Shown piece after piece: positions 10,115 through 19,346 of a stretch of DNA of 64,000 bases. A program made the translations under genes and the position numbers. The stretch is from assembly GCA_040876265.1 (NCBI GenBank), contig JBBDPN010000001.1:310208-374207 (forward strand). Reading direction: 5' to 3'. Origin of the DNA: Candidatus Woykebacteria bacterium (GTDB lineage: Bacteria > Patescibacteriota > Microgenomatia > Woykebacterales > RBG-16-39-9b). Each line of letters begins with the position of its first letter. The stretch's first letter is position 1. Below the pieces are notes generated by a model. It was not told the origin of the DNA. It saw nothing but the letters and a program-made list of their open reading frames with translations, and searched no databases.

Positions 10115-10143
10115 TTGACTGACCCCTAGCCTATTGCTATAGT
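10115..10143 (+). promoter_or_regulatory. Near-consensus sigma70 promoter (TTGACT-17-TATAGT) about 180 nt upstream of the LysM gene
   Basis: TTGACT at 10115-10120, 17-nt spacer, TATAGT at 10138-10143. Confidence 0.4.
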
Positions 10144-10326
10144 ATCCTCCGTACTTCGAACACAAGGTTTCTCAGTACTCTCGGATACTGCGCCTGAAGG
10201 CTAAGTATGCCTGTACTTCGAAAGAAGAGAGACGATATTTTCACTGAAGTCCTGCTTAAAGCCGCTAGAGACGAAATTCACACAACAACTGCTTCGAAAC
10301 GATATATGTAAGGAGGTGTAAACTTT

Positions 10327-10872
10327 ATGGATTTTAGAGAATTTTGGCAAAACCAAAGATCGACAATAATCTCAGCCGTAATAGCTATCGTAGTGATCGC
10401 TGGCCTATTTGTCCTTTTCAACGCCCTACCTACAACCCAAACAGGCGAGCAAAATGAGGAAGAGCAGCAACAAGAACAAGACAAAGATGAACAAAGAGAC
10501 GAGGAAAAGAAGGGTAAGGGTGATGAGGAAAAGGTTGATTTACCAGCGCAGTACACCGTCAAAAAAGGTGATAACCTCTGGAAAATTTCCGAGGCTCACT
10601 ACGGAACCGGTTACAAATGGGCGGCTATTGCTAGCGTGAACAAAATTGATAATCCTGATGTTGTATTTGTTGGTGCTAAACTACGTATCCCAATGACAAC
10701 AGATTACAAGGTAAAATCTGGCGATACCCTTTGGGATATAGCTGAAACCTTTTACAAGGACGGTCACCAGTGGACAAAAATATTGGACGCTAACCCTGGA
10801 AAAATTGGGACACTCCCAGATGGAAACCAAGGGCTCATTGCTGTTGGTCAGAACTTGGTAATACCACGGTGA
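10327..10872 (+). CDS. Membrane-anchored protein with two LysM peptidoglycan-binding domains and an acidic low-complexity linker
   Basis: 181 aa. N-terminal transmembrane segment, an E/Q/D/K-rich linker, and two LysM repeats (YTVKKGDNLWKISEAHYG..., YKVKSGDTLWDIAETFY...). Shine-Dalgarno AAGGAGGTG 9 nt upstream. Confidence 0.8.
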   Translation: MDFREFWQNQRSTIISAVIAIVVIAGLFVLFNALPTTQTGEQNEEEQQQEQDKDEQRDEEKKGKGDEEKVDLPAQYTVKKGDNLWKISEAHYGTGYKWAAIASVNKIDNPDVVFVGAKLRIPMTTDYKVKSGDTLWDIAETFYKDGHQWTKILDANPGKIGTLPDGNQGLIAVGQNLVIPR

Positions 10873-10918
10873 AATCCCTTTGCTAATAGGCTATAATCTC
10901 TCGTGCGTTGTGAAAAAT

Positions 10919-10994
10919 GCGCGAGTAGCTCAGATGGTAGAGTGTCTCCTTCCCAAGGAGAAGGTCGCGGGTTCGAGCCCCGTCTCGCGCTCCA
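10919..10994 (+). tRNA. tRNA-Gly (anticodon CCC)
   Basis: 76 nt. Acceptor GCGCGAG/CTCGCGC. Anticodon stem TCTCC/GGAGA with loop TTCCCAA. T-loop TTCGAGC. CCA encoded. Confidence 0.8.
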
Positions 10995-11050
10995 GTAATT
11001 ACCTCTATAGTTAGATTTTATACTTAAATATTGTATAATTAATTTTCTGT

Positions 11051-11126
11051 GCCGATGTAGCTCAACTGGCAGAGCAATCCCTTCGTAAGGGAGAGGTTGG
11101 AGGTTCAATTCCTCTCATCGGCTCCA
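11051..11126 (+). tRNA. tRNA-Thr (anticodon CGT)
   Basis: 76 nt. Acceptor GCCGATG/CATCGGC. Anticodon loop TTCGTAA (A27-G43 mismatch in the stem). T-loop TTCAATT. CCA encoded. Confidence 0.75.
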
Positions 11127-11127
11127 T

Positions 11128-11856
11128 ATGAAAAGGAATATCCGCGGCCTAATACCGCATTACACGTACAAACAAAAAAATGTCGAAGAGAAAACACTGT
11201 ACCGACGTCTCTTGTTTATCGGCGGTTTGACGATTGTGCTTCTACTTGCCCTTTGGTATTGGGGCACCACGTTTATAAATATCCTCGGATTTCTGGGAAC
11301 GGATAAAAATGATAACAGCTCTAATATTGCATTCGAACTTCCTTTAAGAAAACCTACAATCGAAGATTTACCGGGATTTACTAATAAAGAAACCATAAGT
11401 ATTTCTGGATCAGTAAACGCTGGAATTAAAGTGAAGTTACTTGTAAACGGCGCAAGCAGCGGTGAGACTACTTCCGACGCTGGTGGCAACTTCACTTTTG
11501 TGGATGTTTCCTTGAAAGATGGTCTGAACTTAATCAAGATTATTGCCACGGACGCTTTTGGAGAAAGTAAGGATGAAAAAGTACTAATTACGTTTGACAA
11601 CACCAAACCGCAATTAGAAGTTACAACTCCCAAAAGTAACCAAAGTTTTCCAGCTGGTACAAAATCAATCAGTGTGAAGGGTAAGACGGAGCCAGATGCA
11701 ATCGTATTGGTCAACTCTGTTCAAGCCATAACTGACCCTGAAGGTGGTTTTTCCTACGTATTACAGGTGAAGTCCGGTCAAAATAAAATAAATATCCAAT
11801 CAACCGATGAGGCTGGTAATATAGCAAACATCAAGCTCACTGTTCTTGTAGAATAG
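11128..11856 (+). CDS. Membrane-anchored secreted protein with Ig-like (Big-type) beta-sandwich repeats
   Basis: 242 aa. Transmembrane segment LLFIGGLTIVLLLALWYW, then Ser/Thr/Gly-rich beta-strand repeats (ISISGSVNAGIKVKLLVNG, ISVKGKTEPDAIVLVNS). The start codon is uncertain and abuts the tRNA-Thr 3' end. Confidence 0.5.
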   Translation: MKRNIRGLIPHYTYKQKNVEEKTLYRRLLFIGGLTIVLLLALWYWGTTFINILGFLGTDKNDNSSNIAFELPLRKPTIEDLPGFTNKETISISGSVNAGIKVKLLVNGASSGETTSDAGGNFTFVDVSLKDGLNLIKIIATDAFGESKDEKVLITFDNTKPQLEVTTPKSNQSFPAGTKSISVKGKTEPDAIVLVNSVQAITDPEGGFSYVLQVKSGQNKINIQSTDEAGNIANIKLTVLVE

Positions 11857-11861
11857 CAATT

Positions 11862-13139
11862 TTAAGTTTTACTACTTCTAGTTTTGTAAAACCAAGTAGC
11901 TAGCGCTAGAAATACCCAAAACCCGCTGCTTAAATCATTTTTAAAGTACGGCACGTCAACTAATCCATGTATATATGTATAAATCAGAACCGAAAACAAC
12001 CCTACTGCTAAGAAATTGTTAAAATGAGGTACTAAAATTTTCAGATAATTAAAGGAGATCCAAAGAAACACTAGCAGTCCTAATATCCCAAGCTCGGTCC
12101 AAAAATTTAGAAATATATTATGGGGGTATTGGAAGGTTTGACGTTCACAAGTCGCCGCTTCTGGGTAGACAGTTGGGAAGCCAGATAGACCAACTCCTGT
12201 GACAACTTTATCCCTTACTAAATCACGAGTGGCTTCCCAAATACAGAGTCGGACGTAAAGGCTATTTCTTGGGCTTGGTGGTTTTTCCGATACAAACCTA
12301 TCTACGTAAATAAACCCGACGACCGACGTCGCTAGAAAAACCCCGATTAAGGTGTAAAAAAACCAACGGGCTACCCTTTTGAAATCAGTGGAGAATTTTT
12401 GGTAAAAAATTAGCGCTATAGAAACAAGTAGAGAAATAACCAAGCCAATGAGAGCTCCTCTGCTTCTTGAAAGAAAAATAGAGTAAGTAAACAGAACTAG
12501 ACTTATTACAATAAATATGTTAGCCAAGAAAGTTCTAGGAAGGTAGGGTTTTTGCTTGATATTTTCTAACAAAAGGCCAAATCCAATTAATATCAAAGGT
12601 CCTAAGAAAAGACCAAGGGCGTTGGGGTTGTCATAGACCCCGGTTACCCTTCCAATTTCGATCGAATCGGGAGCAAAAGGATCTACGCCAGTTATAGATT
12701 GGGAGATTGCCAGCCCTGAAACCCACAGACCAGAAAAAAGAAGAGGGTAAATGAGCCATTTGATTTCTCGCCTTTGCAAGGACAGATCAATCACAACTAT
12801 ATAAAGCAGAGCCGGCTCGAGAAAATAAGCCTTCCAAACACCGGCTGCAGCTCGCAGATCTGGCGAGATAAGTACACTAACCGTACTAATCCCAAGAAAA
12901 GTTACCAGAGGCCAAAAAAATGGGCTCTTAAGCCTCTCAAACAGCGTCTGGAAGCTGATCTTACCTTTTTTGAGCTCTGTATATTTCCATAGGATCCAAG
13001 CCAAGAAGCTTATTAAAATTAAAGCTTCAAGTAAAGTGATGGGAACGGAAGAGGAGCACCAAGTAAGGTCCTTGCACCTTACCACATAGGCTGGTAAGGC
13101 TATCACTGTTATTGAAACTAAAACTTGAACAAATCTCAT
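11862..13139 (-). CDS. O-antigen ligase / O-antigen polymerase family (Wzy_C) membrane protein
   Basis: 425 aa, polytopic. GVYDNPNALGLFLGPLILIGF is an O-antigen-ligase-type loop. Confidence 0.65.
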   Translation of the reverse strand: MRFVQVLVSITVIALPAYVVRCKDLTWCSSSVPITLLEALILISFLAWILWKYTELKKGKISFQTLFERLKSPFFWPLVTFLGISTVSVLISPDLRAAAGVWKAYFLEPALLYIVVIDLSLQRREIKWLIYPLLFSGLWVSGLAISQSITGVDPFAPDSIEIGRVTGVYDNPNALGLFLGPLILIGFGLLLENIKQKPYLPRTFLANIFIVISLVLFTYSIFLSRSRGALIGLVISLLVSIALIFYQKFSTDFKRVARWFFYTLIGVFLATSVVGFIYVDRFVSEKPPSPRNSLYVRLCIWEATRDLVRDKVVTGVGLSGFPTVYPEAATCERQTFQYPHNIFLNFWTELGILGLLVFLWISFNYLKILVPHFNNFLAVGLFSVLIYTYIHGLVDVPYFKNDLSSGFWVFLALATWFYKTRSSKT

Positions 13140-14401
13140 TCTTTCCCAAACCGTAGGTGGATATATAGAACGGCGCCGCTTAGTGTAAATATTAGTATTT
13201 CGCTAATTATTGTTACGATGGCAGCGGCATTATAACCAAACTGAGGTACAGCAACCAAATTCGCGACCAGATTAAAAGCAGCGGCAAAACCATAGATAAA
13301 CAGCATTTCGCGAGTTTTTTTCAATATTATGGCCAACCACAAAGTAAGTGGCGTAACAAAAAACACAGGAAATCCCAGAAGTAAAATTCTAGTTGTTAGT
13401 ACCCCTTCAGGGAATTTTCCTTGACCTAGTACGTCAATCATAAAAGGCGTTAGGGACCACCCAATTATGACTCCTAGTATTCCTAACCCAAGCAAAGAGA
13501 AACCCAGCCTCTTCGAAAAATCAATAAGATACCTAACTCCTAAACTGCTTTTTTGGACCATAATCGGATAGCCTACGTTCATTACAAAAGCCGGAAGAAC
13601 AATTGCTAGTTCAAATATCTTATAAGCTAGACCATAGAACCCGATCGCGGTTTCCCCGCTTAAGCCAAGTCCAGGTTTATAATTTGCCAAGAGCACTATC
13701 TGTTTATCAATTTGAGCGTTAAACTGGCTAAATACAATTATTAAGCCGATCGGTAAAGCTGCAAAAAACATTTCTCGCCAAACTTTAGTATCAAACGAAA
13801 CTGATAAAGCCGCGAGTTGAAACCTAGCTAGATACAGGGCGACTAAGACACGGACACTACCTCCTGCTACCAAAGCAATTATCACGAATAAAATACTTCC
13901 AAAGCCGGTTGCGGCGATGTAAACAAAAACCAGGTTCGCTACTGCCCAAAAAATATCGGCAATCAAGGCTAAATCGTAGCGTATTTTTGCTTGAAACAGG
14001 GCCAATGCAGTCGCGGTAAAGGACTGGGCAATGATAAGTCCCAAAGCAACGATGATACCTAGTTTTATGAGGGTTGGGTGCGCGGTAAAAGCCAAAACTC
14101 CAACAGCGCAAAAAGCGACAAAAATCGAAATTACTAACCGGAAACCAAGCAGATTTTTGAAAAATTCTTTTTGCTTTTCTTCGTCGTTGCCAACCTCACG
14201 AACAAAAATGGCGTTTAAGCCAAAATCGGTAAAAACATAAAAAAGGGTTATGTAACTGAGAATTGCAACGTAAGCACCGTAATCTCCAACCGAAAAATTT
14301 TTAGTAATGAGGACGGTTACTATTATGGTAGAAATGGTAGTCGCTGCTTTACCCAGCAACTGAGCGCTAGTATTAAATGCGATCTTGAAAGGTATGTTCA
14401 T
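13136..14401 (-). CDS. Polysaccharide biosynthesis flippase (MOP/Wzx-like)
   Basis: 421 aa. About 12 transmembrane helices. N-terminus resembles polysaccharide transporters. Overlaps the ligase start by 4 nt. Confidence 0.65.
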   Translation of the reverse strand: MNIPFKIAFNTSAQLLGKAATTISTIIVTVLITKNFSVGDYGAYVAILSYITLFYVFTDFGLNAIFVREVGNDEEKQKEFFKNLLGFRLVISIFVAFCAVGVLAFTAHPTLIKLGIIVALGLIIAQSFTATALALFQAKIRYDLALIADIFWAVANLVFVYIAATGFGSILFVIIALVAGGSVRVLVALYLARFQLAALSVSFDTKVWREMFFAALPIGLIIVFSQFNAQIDKQIVLLANYKPGLGLSGETAIGFYGLAYKIFELAIVLPAFVMNVGYPIMVQKSSLGVRYLIDFSKRLGFSLLGLGILGVIIGWSLTPFMIDVLGQGKFPEGVLTTRILLLGFPVFFVTPLTLWLAIILKKTREMLFIYGFAAAFNLVANLVAVPQFGYNAAAIVTIISEILIFTLSGAVLYIHLRFGKE

Positions 14402-14454
14402 GCGATGTGAGTAAGTTTAGCAACTAGACGTTTGGCTATCAAGGTAGGACTGGT

Positions 14455-14476
14455 GGGGCAAGAAGAGTCTTGCCCC
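14455..14476 (-). terminator. GC hairpin (GGGGCAAGA-agag-TCTTGCCCC) just downstream of the purM-like gene; no clear U-tract
   Basis: Perfect 9-bp stem with a 4-nt loop. First stem base lies 10 nt after the stop. Confidence 0.35.
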
Positions 14477-14486
14477 GTTATGTAGA

Positions 14487-15491
14487 TTAGAAAAAGGTGA
14501 CCCGCTCTCTCTTTCGAGACCTCACCACCTCGCCGATAAGATAAGCAGTCTCACCATGTTGTACCAGAAAGTCAACTACCCAAGACGCCACTTCCTTTGG
14601 CGCAACACCAATCATCCCCAACCCCATATTGAATGTCCGCCTCATTTCCTTATCGGAGATATTGCCTGCTTCTCTTACCAACATAAAGATGTTGTGGATC
14701 GTCCACTTGGTGGTATCAAGCCGCGCCACGAGTCCCTCGGGAATTATTTTTCCCAATTTCCCAACAATACCCCCACCGGTTATATGAGCCCAACCGTGAA
14801 TTTCAAATCGTTGGTTGACAGCCAGTACCGGTCGGACATAGATCCTGGTCGGCTTGAGAATATTGTACAGAAGGTTTGGATTGTTAACCGTTTCCTCAGG
14901 CGGAAAGACCTCTCTGACCAGCGAATAGCCATTGCAGTGCAACCCATTTGAGGCAATACCAAACACGATGTCGCCTTCTGTTATTGTCTCTCCGGAAATA
15001 ACCTTACCTTTGTCTGCGATCCCTACCGCACCTCCAGAAATCTCATACTCTCCAGTAGGCACAGGCACTTGCTCTATCTCCCCACCGAGAAGAGGAGCGT
15101 TTGCCTCATCGCAACCGATCCTTATTCCGCCGATAACTTCCTCAAGCACCGCGTCCGTGGCTTGGTGGGCAATGTGATCAAGGAAAAAAAGCGGCGCGGC
15201 GTTGTACCTAACGAGGTCGTTCACAGACATAGCTACCAGATCAATGCCGATAGTGTGGTGACGACCAGAAGCAAAACAATATTTTGGTTTGCTACCAACA
15301 CCGTCACTCTCAGCTTTAAGAACAGGTTGTTCTATCGCGGGGAATTCTGCGCGAAAAAAGGGTAATCCCTGGATCAGCTCACAGAATTCGTTGAACGTCT
15401 CCAGTCCTTGACGGAATGCGTACCGGCTGAGATTATCTCCCCGTTTTATGCTTACTCCGGCTTGCTCGTAAGTTAGACCCCGACCAGCCAT
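14487..15491 (-). CDS. purM: PurM-like protein (phosphoribosylformylglycinamidine cyclo-ligase / AIR synthase family)
   Basis: 334 aa. N-terminus GLTYEQAGVSIKRGDNL matches the PurM signature (LTYKDAGVDIDAG). DGVGSKPK resembles the PurM DGVGTKL motif. Confidence 0.6.
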   Translation of the reverse strand: MAGRGLTYEQAGVSIKRGDNLSRYAFRQGLETFNEFCELIQGLPFFRAEFPAIEQPVLKAESDGVGSKPKYCFASGRHHTIGIDLVAMSVNDLVRYNAAPLFFLDHIAHQATDAVLEEVIGGIRIGCDEANAPLLGGEIEQVPVPTGEYEISGGAVGIADKGKVISGETITEGDIVFGIASNGLHCNGYSLVREVFPPEETVNNPNLLYNILKPTRIYVRPVLAVNQRFEIHGWAHITGGGIVGKLGKIIPEGLVARLDTTKWTIHNIFMLVREAGNISDKEMRRTFNMGLGMIGVAPKEVASWVVDFLVQHGETAYLIGEVVRSRKRERVTFF

Positions 15492-15677
15492 TTCACTCTC
15501 CCCTCATGGCAATCCTAAAAATGACCGCTTGATCAGCAAAAATCTAACATATACTGTCTGAGATGTAAAGGGATTAATGCTTAAAGGCACGGATGCCAGT
15601 GAATATCATCACGACATTGTGTTTGCTACAAGATCTGTTGATCTATAAACTAAATTTAATTTATCTTGATAAAAATA

Positions 15678-15703
15678 TTGTTCACTTGTTTTTTATTGAA
15701 CAA
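15678..15703. promoter_or_regulatory. Inverted repeat TTGTTCA-N12-TGAACAA upstream of the VOC-family gene (candidate operator)
   Basis: Perfect 7-bp arms seen directly in the sequence, within the divergent intergenic region between the purM-like and VOC genes. Confidence 0.25.
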
Positions 15704-15843
15704 CTTTATAGTTCATCAACTACGGATTGAAGGAGAAGCAAACCTAACTTACCAAATTCCCCAGGTAATTGGAAGAAAGCATATTGACTTTTGTGGGTAA
15801 GTGGGCAATTATTAATTCACCTTTTGTAAAGGAGGTGAAAGTA

Positions 15844-16227
15844 ATGGTTCGTGGAATTGAAGGTGTAAATCTTTTTAGTGAAAACGCCAAGAAACTAGCT
15901 GATTTTTACAAAGAAAAGGTTGGTTTGAAAACAAGCATAGAGGCGGAGATGGGTGAGAACGGCGAGGAAGTTTATGGTTTTGAATTTGGGGAAGGAGCAG
16001 GCCTTAACATCATTGATCATTCAAAAGTAAAGGGCCGAAATTCACAGCCGAAAAGAATAATGTTTAACCTCGAGGTGAGCAGGATCGAAGAAGAGGTGGA
16101 ACGGCTTGATAAGGCAGGGGTCAAGAAAATACAAGATACCTATCACGTTGAAGGCTATGGGTATATCGCTACCTTTGAGGACGCTGACGGAAACTATTTT
16201 CAACTGGTTCAAGTAAGAGAGTCTTAG
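15844..16227 (+). CDS. VOC (glyoxalase/bleomycin-resistance/dioxygenase) family protein
   Basis: Track ORF 15769..16227, but a strong Shine-Dalgarno AAGGAGGTG sits 7 nt before the internal ATG at 15844 (MVRGIEGVNLF...), so the shorter 127-aa product is preferred. C-terminus HVEGYGYIATFEDADGNYFQLVQ is typical of a VOC fold. Confidence 0.6.
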   Translation: MVRGIEGVNLFSENAKKLADFYKEKVGLKTSIEAEMGENGEEVYGFEFGEGAGLNIIDHSKVKGRNSQPKRIMFNLEVSRIEEEVERLDKAGVKKIQDTYHVEGYGYIATFEDADGNYFQLVQVRES

Positions 16228-17660
16228 TGGAAGGTTTCTTCTTGAGCGTCAACAATGACGGTGTGGGGATGGGATTCCTTCATTCCTGCTCCGGTCACTT
16301 GCCAATAACTTACGTTCCAAAAATCTTTGATTTCGGCCGTTCCGTAGTAACCCATTGCTGTCCGTAGCGAAGCAATTAGCTTCTTTAGAACATTTGCCAC
16401 TGACCCTTTATAAGGAACTCTTCCGGAAATCCCCTCTGGTACCTCCTTTTGGAAGTAACGGTCATGACCACGTTGCCTTATTGCTTCGTATGACCCCATA
16501 CCACGGTATTTTTTATAGCGTCTCCCATCGCTTGAAATAATAACATCTCCAGGAGCTTCATCCGTCCCAGCCAACATTGAACCCAGCATAACCGCGCTAG
16601 CTCCCGCTACCAAAGCCTTAGTAATATCCGCCGGATAAACAATACCCCCGTCGGCAATTACCGGGACTTTCAACGATTTGGCTGCCCTAGCACACTCCAA
16701 AATGGCGGTAAACTGAGGCACTCCCACTCCGGCAACATCGCGGGTAGTACAGATAGATCCTGAACCAATACCCACTTTCACGGCGTCGACACCTCTTTTG
16801 ACCAAGTCGGACGTGGCTTGCGCAGTAGCGACATTACCAACTATCAGTTGAATTTTTGGAAATGCCTTTTTCAACACAGGGACCGCATCTAAAACGTTTT
16901 TATGATGAGCGTGGGAAGTATCTACCACTAATACATCTACCCCACCAGCTACAAGAACAGCAGCTCTTTTCAAAAACCCCTCACCAACTCCGATCGCGGC
17001 AGCTACTAAAAATCGACCGTTTTTGTCTTTGCTTGCCTGAGGGTATGATTTTATCTTCGTCAAATCTTTCCAAGTGATAAGGCCCCGCAACATACCTTTC
17101 CTGTCTACAATCGGTAGTTTTTCAATTTTGTATTTTTTTAATATTTTTTCTGCCTGGGCGAGCGTAGTTCCAACACTAGCAGTAGTTATTTTTTCCTTTG
17201 TCATCACCTCACCCACTTTTTTTGATAGATTGGTCTCGAGTCTTAGATCTCTCTCGGTAAGTATCCCTTTTAACTTATTTTCGTTCACAATTGGTATACC
17301 CGATATCCCGTATTGAGCCATAAGAAGCTTAGCTTCTTCAAGTGTGGACGAAGGGTAAAGAGTAACTGGTTCTTTGATAACGCCGCTTTCACTTCTTTTA
17401 ACTCGGCGCACCTCCTCTACCTGCTGCTCTATTGAAAAATTCCGGTGAATCACTCCTAAACCACCTTGCCTAGCTAAACCAATTGCCATTTCACTCTCGG
17501 TCACTGTATCCATCGCCGCGGAGATAATAGGGGTGTTAATTCTTATTTTTTTTGTAATCTGAGTGGAGATTTTTACATCAGATGGAAGAACCGCACTTAC
17601 AGAAGGTTCCAGAAGCACGTCATCAAAAGTAATAGCCAAACCACGAAATCTAGCCGCCAT
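16224..17660 (-). CDS. guaB: Inosine-5'-monophosphate dehydrogenase
   Basis: 478 aa. Tandem CBS domains. Catalytic loop [20 protein letters not shown] is IMPDH-like. Confidence 0.9.
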   Translation of the reverse strand: MAARFRGLAITFDDVLLEPSVSAVLPSDVKISTQITKKIRINTPIISAAMDTVTESEMAIGLARQGGLGVIHRNFSIEQQVEEVRRVKRSESGVIKEPVTLYPSSTLEEAKLLMAQYGISGIPIVNENKLKGILTERDLRLETNLSKKVGEVMTKEKITTASVGTTLAQAEKILKKYKIEKLPIVDRKGMLRGLITWKDLTKIKSYPQASKDKNGRFLVAAAIGVGEGFLKRAAVLVAGGVDVLVVDTSHAHHKNVLDAVPVLKKAFPKIQLIVGNVATAQATSDLVKRGVDAVKVGIGSGSICTTRDVAGVGVPQFTAILECARAAKSLKVPVIADGGIVYPADITKALVAGASAVMLGSMLAGTDEAPGDVIISSDGRRYKKYRGMGSYEAIRQRGHDRYFQKEVPEGISGRVPYKGSVANVLKKLIASLRTAMGYYGTAEIKDFWNVSYWQVTGAGMKESHPHTVIVDAQEETFH

Positions 17661-17697
17661 TATCCATTATATAACAGAGGGCAAGTGGGTTAGCAAA

Positions 17698-17754
17698 TGG
17701 TGGGCAATGCGGGATTTGAACCTGTGACCTTTACGACCCACCTGCCATAGTACA
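17698..17754 (-). other. tRNA-like 3' fragment (T-arm + acceptor 3' strand + CCA) with no partner 5' half; abuts the 3' end of tRNA-Val
   Basis: Minus-strand sequence ends ...GGTCACAGG TTCAAAT CCCGC ATTGCCC A CCA. Only 57 nt are available, there is no complementary acceptor 5' strand, and the T-stem is imperfect. Confidence 0.3.
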
Positions 17755-17829
17755 TGGTGGTCGTTGGTGGACTCGAACCACCGGCCTTTCGGATGTGAAC
17801 CGAACGCTCTACCGCTGAGCTAAACGACC
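17755..17829 (-). tRNA. tRNA-Val (anticodon CAC)
   Basis: Reverse complement folds as GGTCGTT TA GCTC AGCGGTA GAGC G TTCGG TTCACAT CCGAA AGGCC GGTGG TTCGAGT CCACC AACGACC A CCA (75 nt). Confidence 0.8.
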
Positions 17830-17831
17830 AT

Positions 17832-17880
17832 TACGGCTCTCAGGTGTGAACGCAACGCTCTGCCGCCGATCTAAGTGCCA
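17832..17880 (-). pseudogene. Degenerate tRNA-Val-like 5' fragment (D-arm and anticodon-arm similarity only)
   Basis: Minus-strand TAGATCGGCGGCAGAGCGTTGCGTTCACACCTGAGAG parallels TAGCTCAGCGGTAGAGCGTTCGGTTCACATCCGAAAG of the adjacent tRNA-Val. It lacks a T-arm and a pairing acceptor stem. Confidence 0.3.
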
Positions 17881-17956
17881 ATTCTCCGCCAATTGTAACA
17901 AACCTACCCTTGCGCCGCAATTTGCTTTACCCTTATACTAGAGTAAGTTGATTTAA

Positions 17957-18541
17957 ATGGACGGTTCAAAATCCTCTCTTTGGTCCACAGTTGTAGATAT
18001 TATAGAAACAGTCGTTGTCGCGGCGGCTATTTTTGTTGTGGTTTATTTATTTTTACTCCAGCCCCACCAAGTAAAAGGTGCTAGCATGGAACCTACTTTC
18101 CATGACAGCGAGTATATCTTAACTGATAAAGTATCCTATCGTTTCAGTCAGCCCCAAAGAGGGGACGTTGTGATTTTTAAGGCTCCCACCAACCCAGATG
18201 TAGATTTTATCAAACGAATCGTTGCTCTACCTGGAGAGCGACTGGAAATAAAAAATAGCACTATCATAATCTACAACGACGAAAATCCAAGGGGATTTAC
18301 TCTGTCCGAACCTTACGAAATAATGGAACCTATTGTCGGTGGTTCTTACCTAAGAGAGGGAAAGATAATAGAAATTCCTGAAAATAGTTATTTTGTTTTT
18401 GGTGACAATCGAACACACAGCTTTGATTCTAGAGAATGGGGTCCTCTTACGAAGGATAAGATTATTGGTAAAGCTTGGATAAGATATTGGCCGATAACGA
18501 AAATTTCTATAATAAGACGGGCTAGCTACCCAAACGAGTAG
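17957..18541 (+). CDS. lepB: Signal peptidase I (S26)
   Basis: 194 aa. N-terminal transmembrane segment. Catalytic Ser box GASMEPTF. GDNRTHSFDSREWGP box. Confidence 0.8.
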   Translation: MDGSKSSLWSTVVDIIETVVVAAAIFVVVYLFLLQPHQVKGASMEPTFHDSEYILTDKVSYRFSQPQRGDVVIFKAPTNPDVDFIKRIVALPGERLEIKNSTIIIYNDENPRGFTLSEPYEIMEPIVGGSYLREGKIIEIPENSYFVFGDNRTHSFDSREWGPLTKDKIIGKAWIRYWPITKISIIRRASYPNE

Positions 18542-18548
18542 GGGGATA

Positions 18549-19346
18549 TTACGAAGTCAGTTTTTTGTGCACCTCTTCTAGCTGCTGTGGAGAATTGAAT
18601 ATTAACAACAGACGGCCTCCTTTTGAAGATTTGTAGAGACGGGCGGTACAATTGGTAGCACTGGCAATCTCTTCTTCCATTTTAGCCACATCTTCGGTGT
18701 GAGCGTATTCTCTCTTTGTTTTTGGCTTGATATCGGCCTTTGATTTCATCCTTCGGACCAATTCCTCGGTAGCCCGAACCCCGAGACTTTCTGAAAGTAT
18801 TTGTTTATAGGCACTTATCATTAGGTTTATATCTTCCAGACCAAGGATGGCCTTGGCGTGACCTTCGGTAATAGAATTTGACAGGAGACCATCTTTTAAA
18901 GCATCAGGAAGATCAAGCAGTCTTAGGGTATTAGAGATATATGGTCCGCTTTTACCAACTCGTTGACCGATCTCGATCGCTGTTAGAGCAAATTCCTCTA
19001 TGAGCCTTTTGTATGCTTGAGCTCTTTCGATAGGATTAAGATCAACCCTTTGTACGTTCTCAACCAAAGCCATCTCAAGCATACCCTGGGGTGAGGTCTC
19101 CTTTACAACACAAGGCAGCTTTGTCATGCCAGCAAGTTTTGCCGCTCTCCATCTCCTTTCGCCAGCGATTAATTGGTAACCGGCTGGTGTCTTCGCGACT
19201 ACAATAGGCTCTAGAACCCCGTGTTCTCTAATTGATTCTGCCAGTTCCACCAGTGAATCAGGTAATATTTGGCCGCGTGGCTGAAGAGGGTTGGGTTGAA
19301 GCAAATCTATATCAATGTCAATAGTTTCGGTCTGTACGTCCATCAA
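18549..19346 (-). CDS. parB: Chromosome partitioning protein ParB/Spo0J
   Basis: 265 aa. ParB box GERRWRAAKLAG and an HTH region. No parA in this window. Confidence 0.8.
   Translation of the reverse strand: MMDVQTETIDIDIDLLQPNPLQPRGQILPDSLVELAESIREHGVLEPIVVAKTPAGYQLIAGERRWRAAKLAGMTKLPCVVKETSPQGMLEMALVENVQRVDLNPIERAQAYKRLIEEFALTAIEIGQRVGKSGPYISNTLRLLDLPDALKDGLLSNSITEGHAKAILGLEDINLMISAYKQILSESLGVRATEELVRRMKSKADIKPKTKREYAHTEDVAKMEEEIASATNCTARLYKSSKGGRLLLIFNSPQQLEEVHKKLTS

Noticed and set aside
10848-11108. Minus-strand 86-aa track ORF spanning the tRNA-Gly/tRNA-Thr interval.
   Set aside because: It overlaps two confidently folded tRNA genes, so it is a spurious ORF.
15769-15843. Upstream extension of the VOC gene to the first ATG at 15769.
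   Set aside because: A strong Shine-Dalgarno AAGGAGGTG precedes the internal ATG at 15844, and the extension encodes no conserved VOC sequence.
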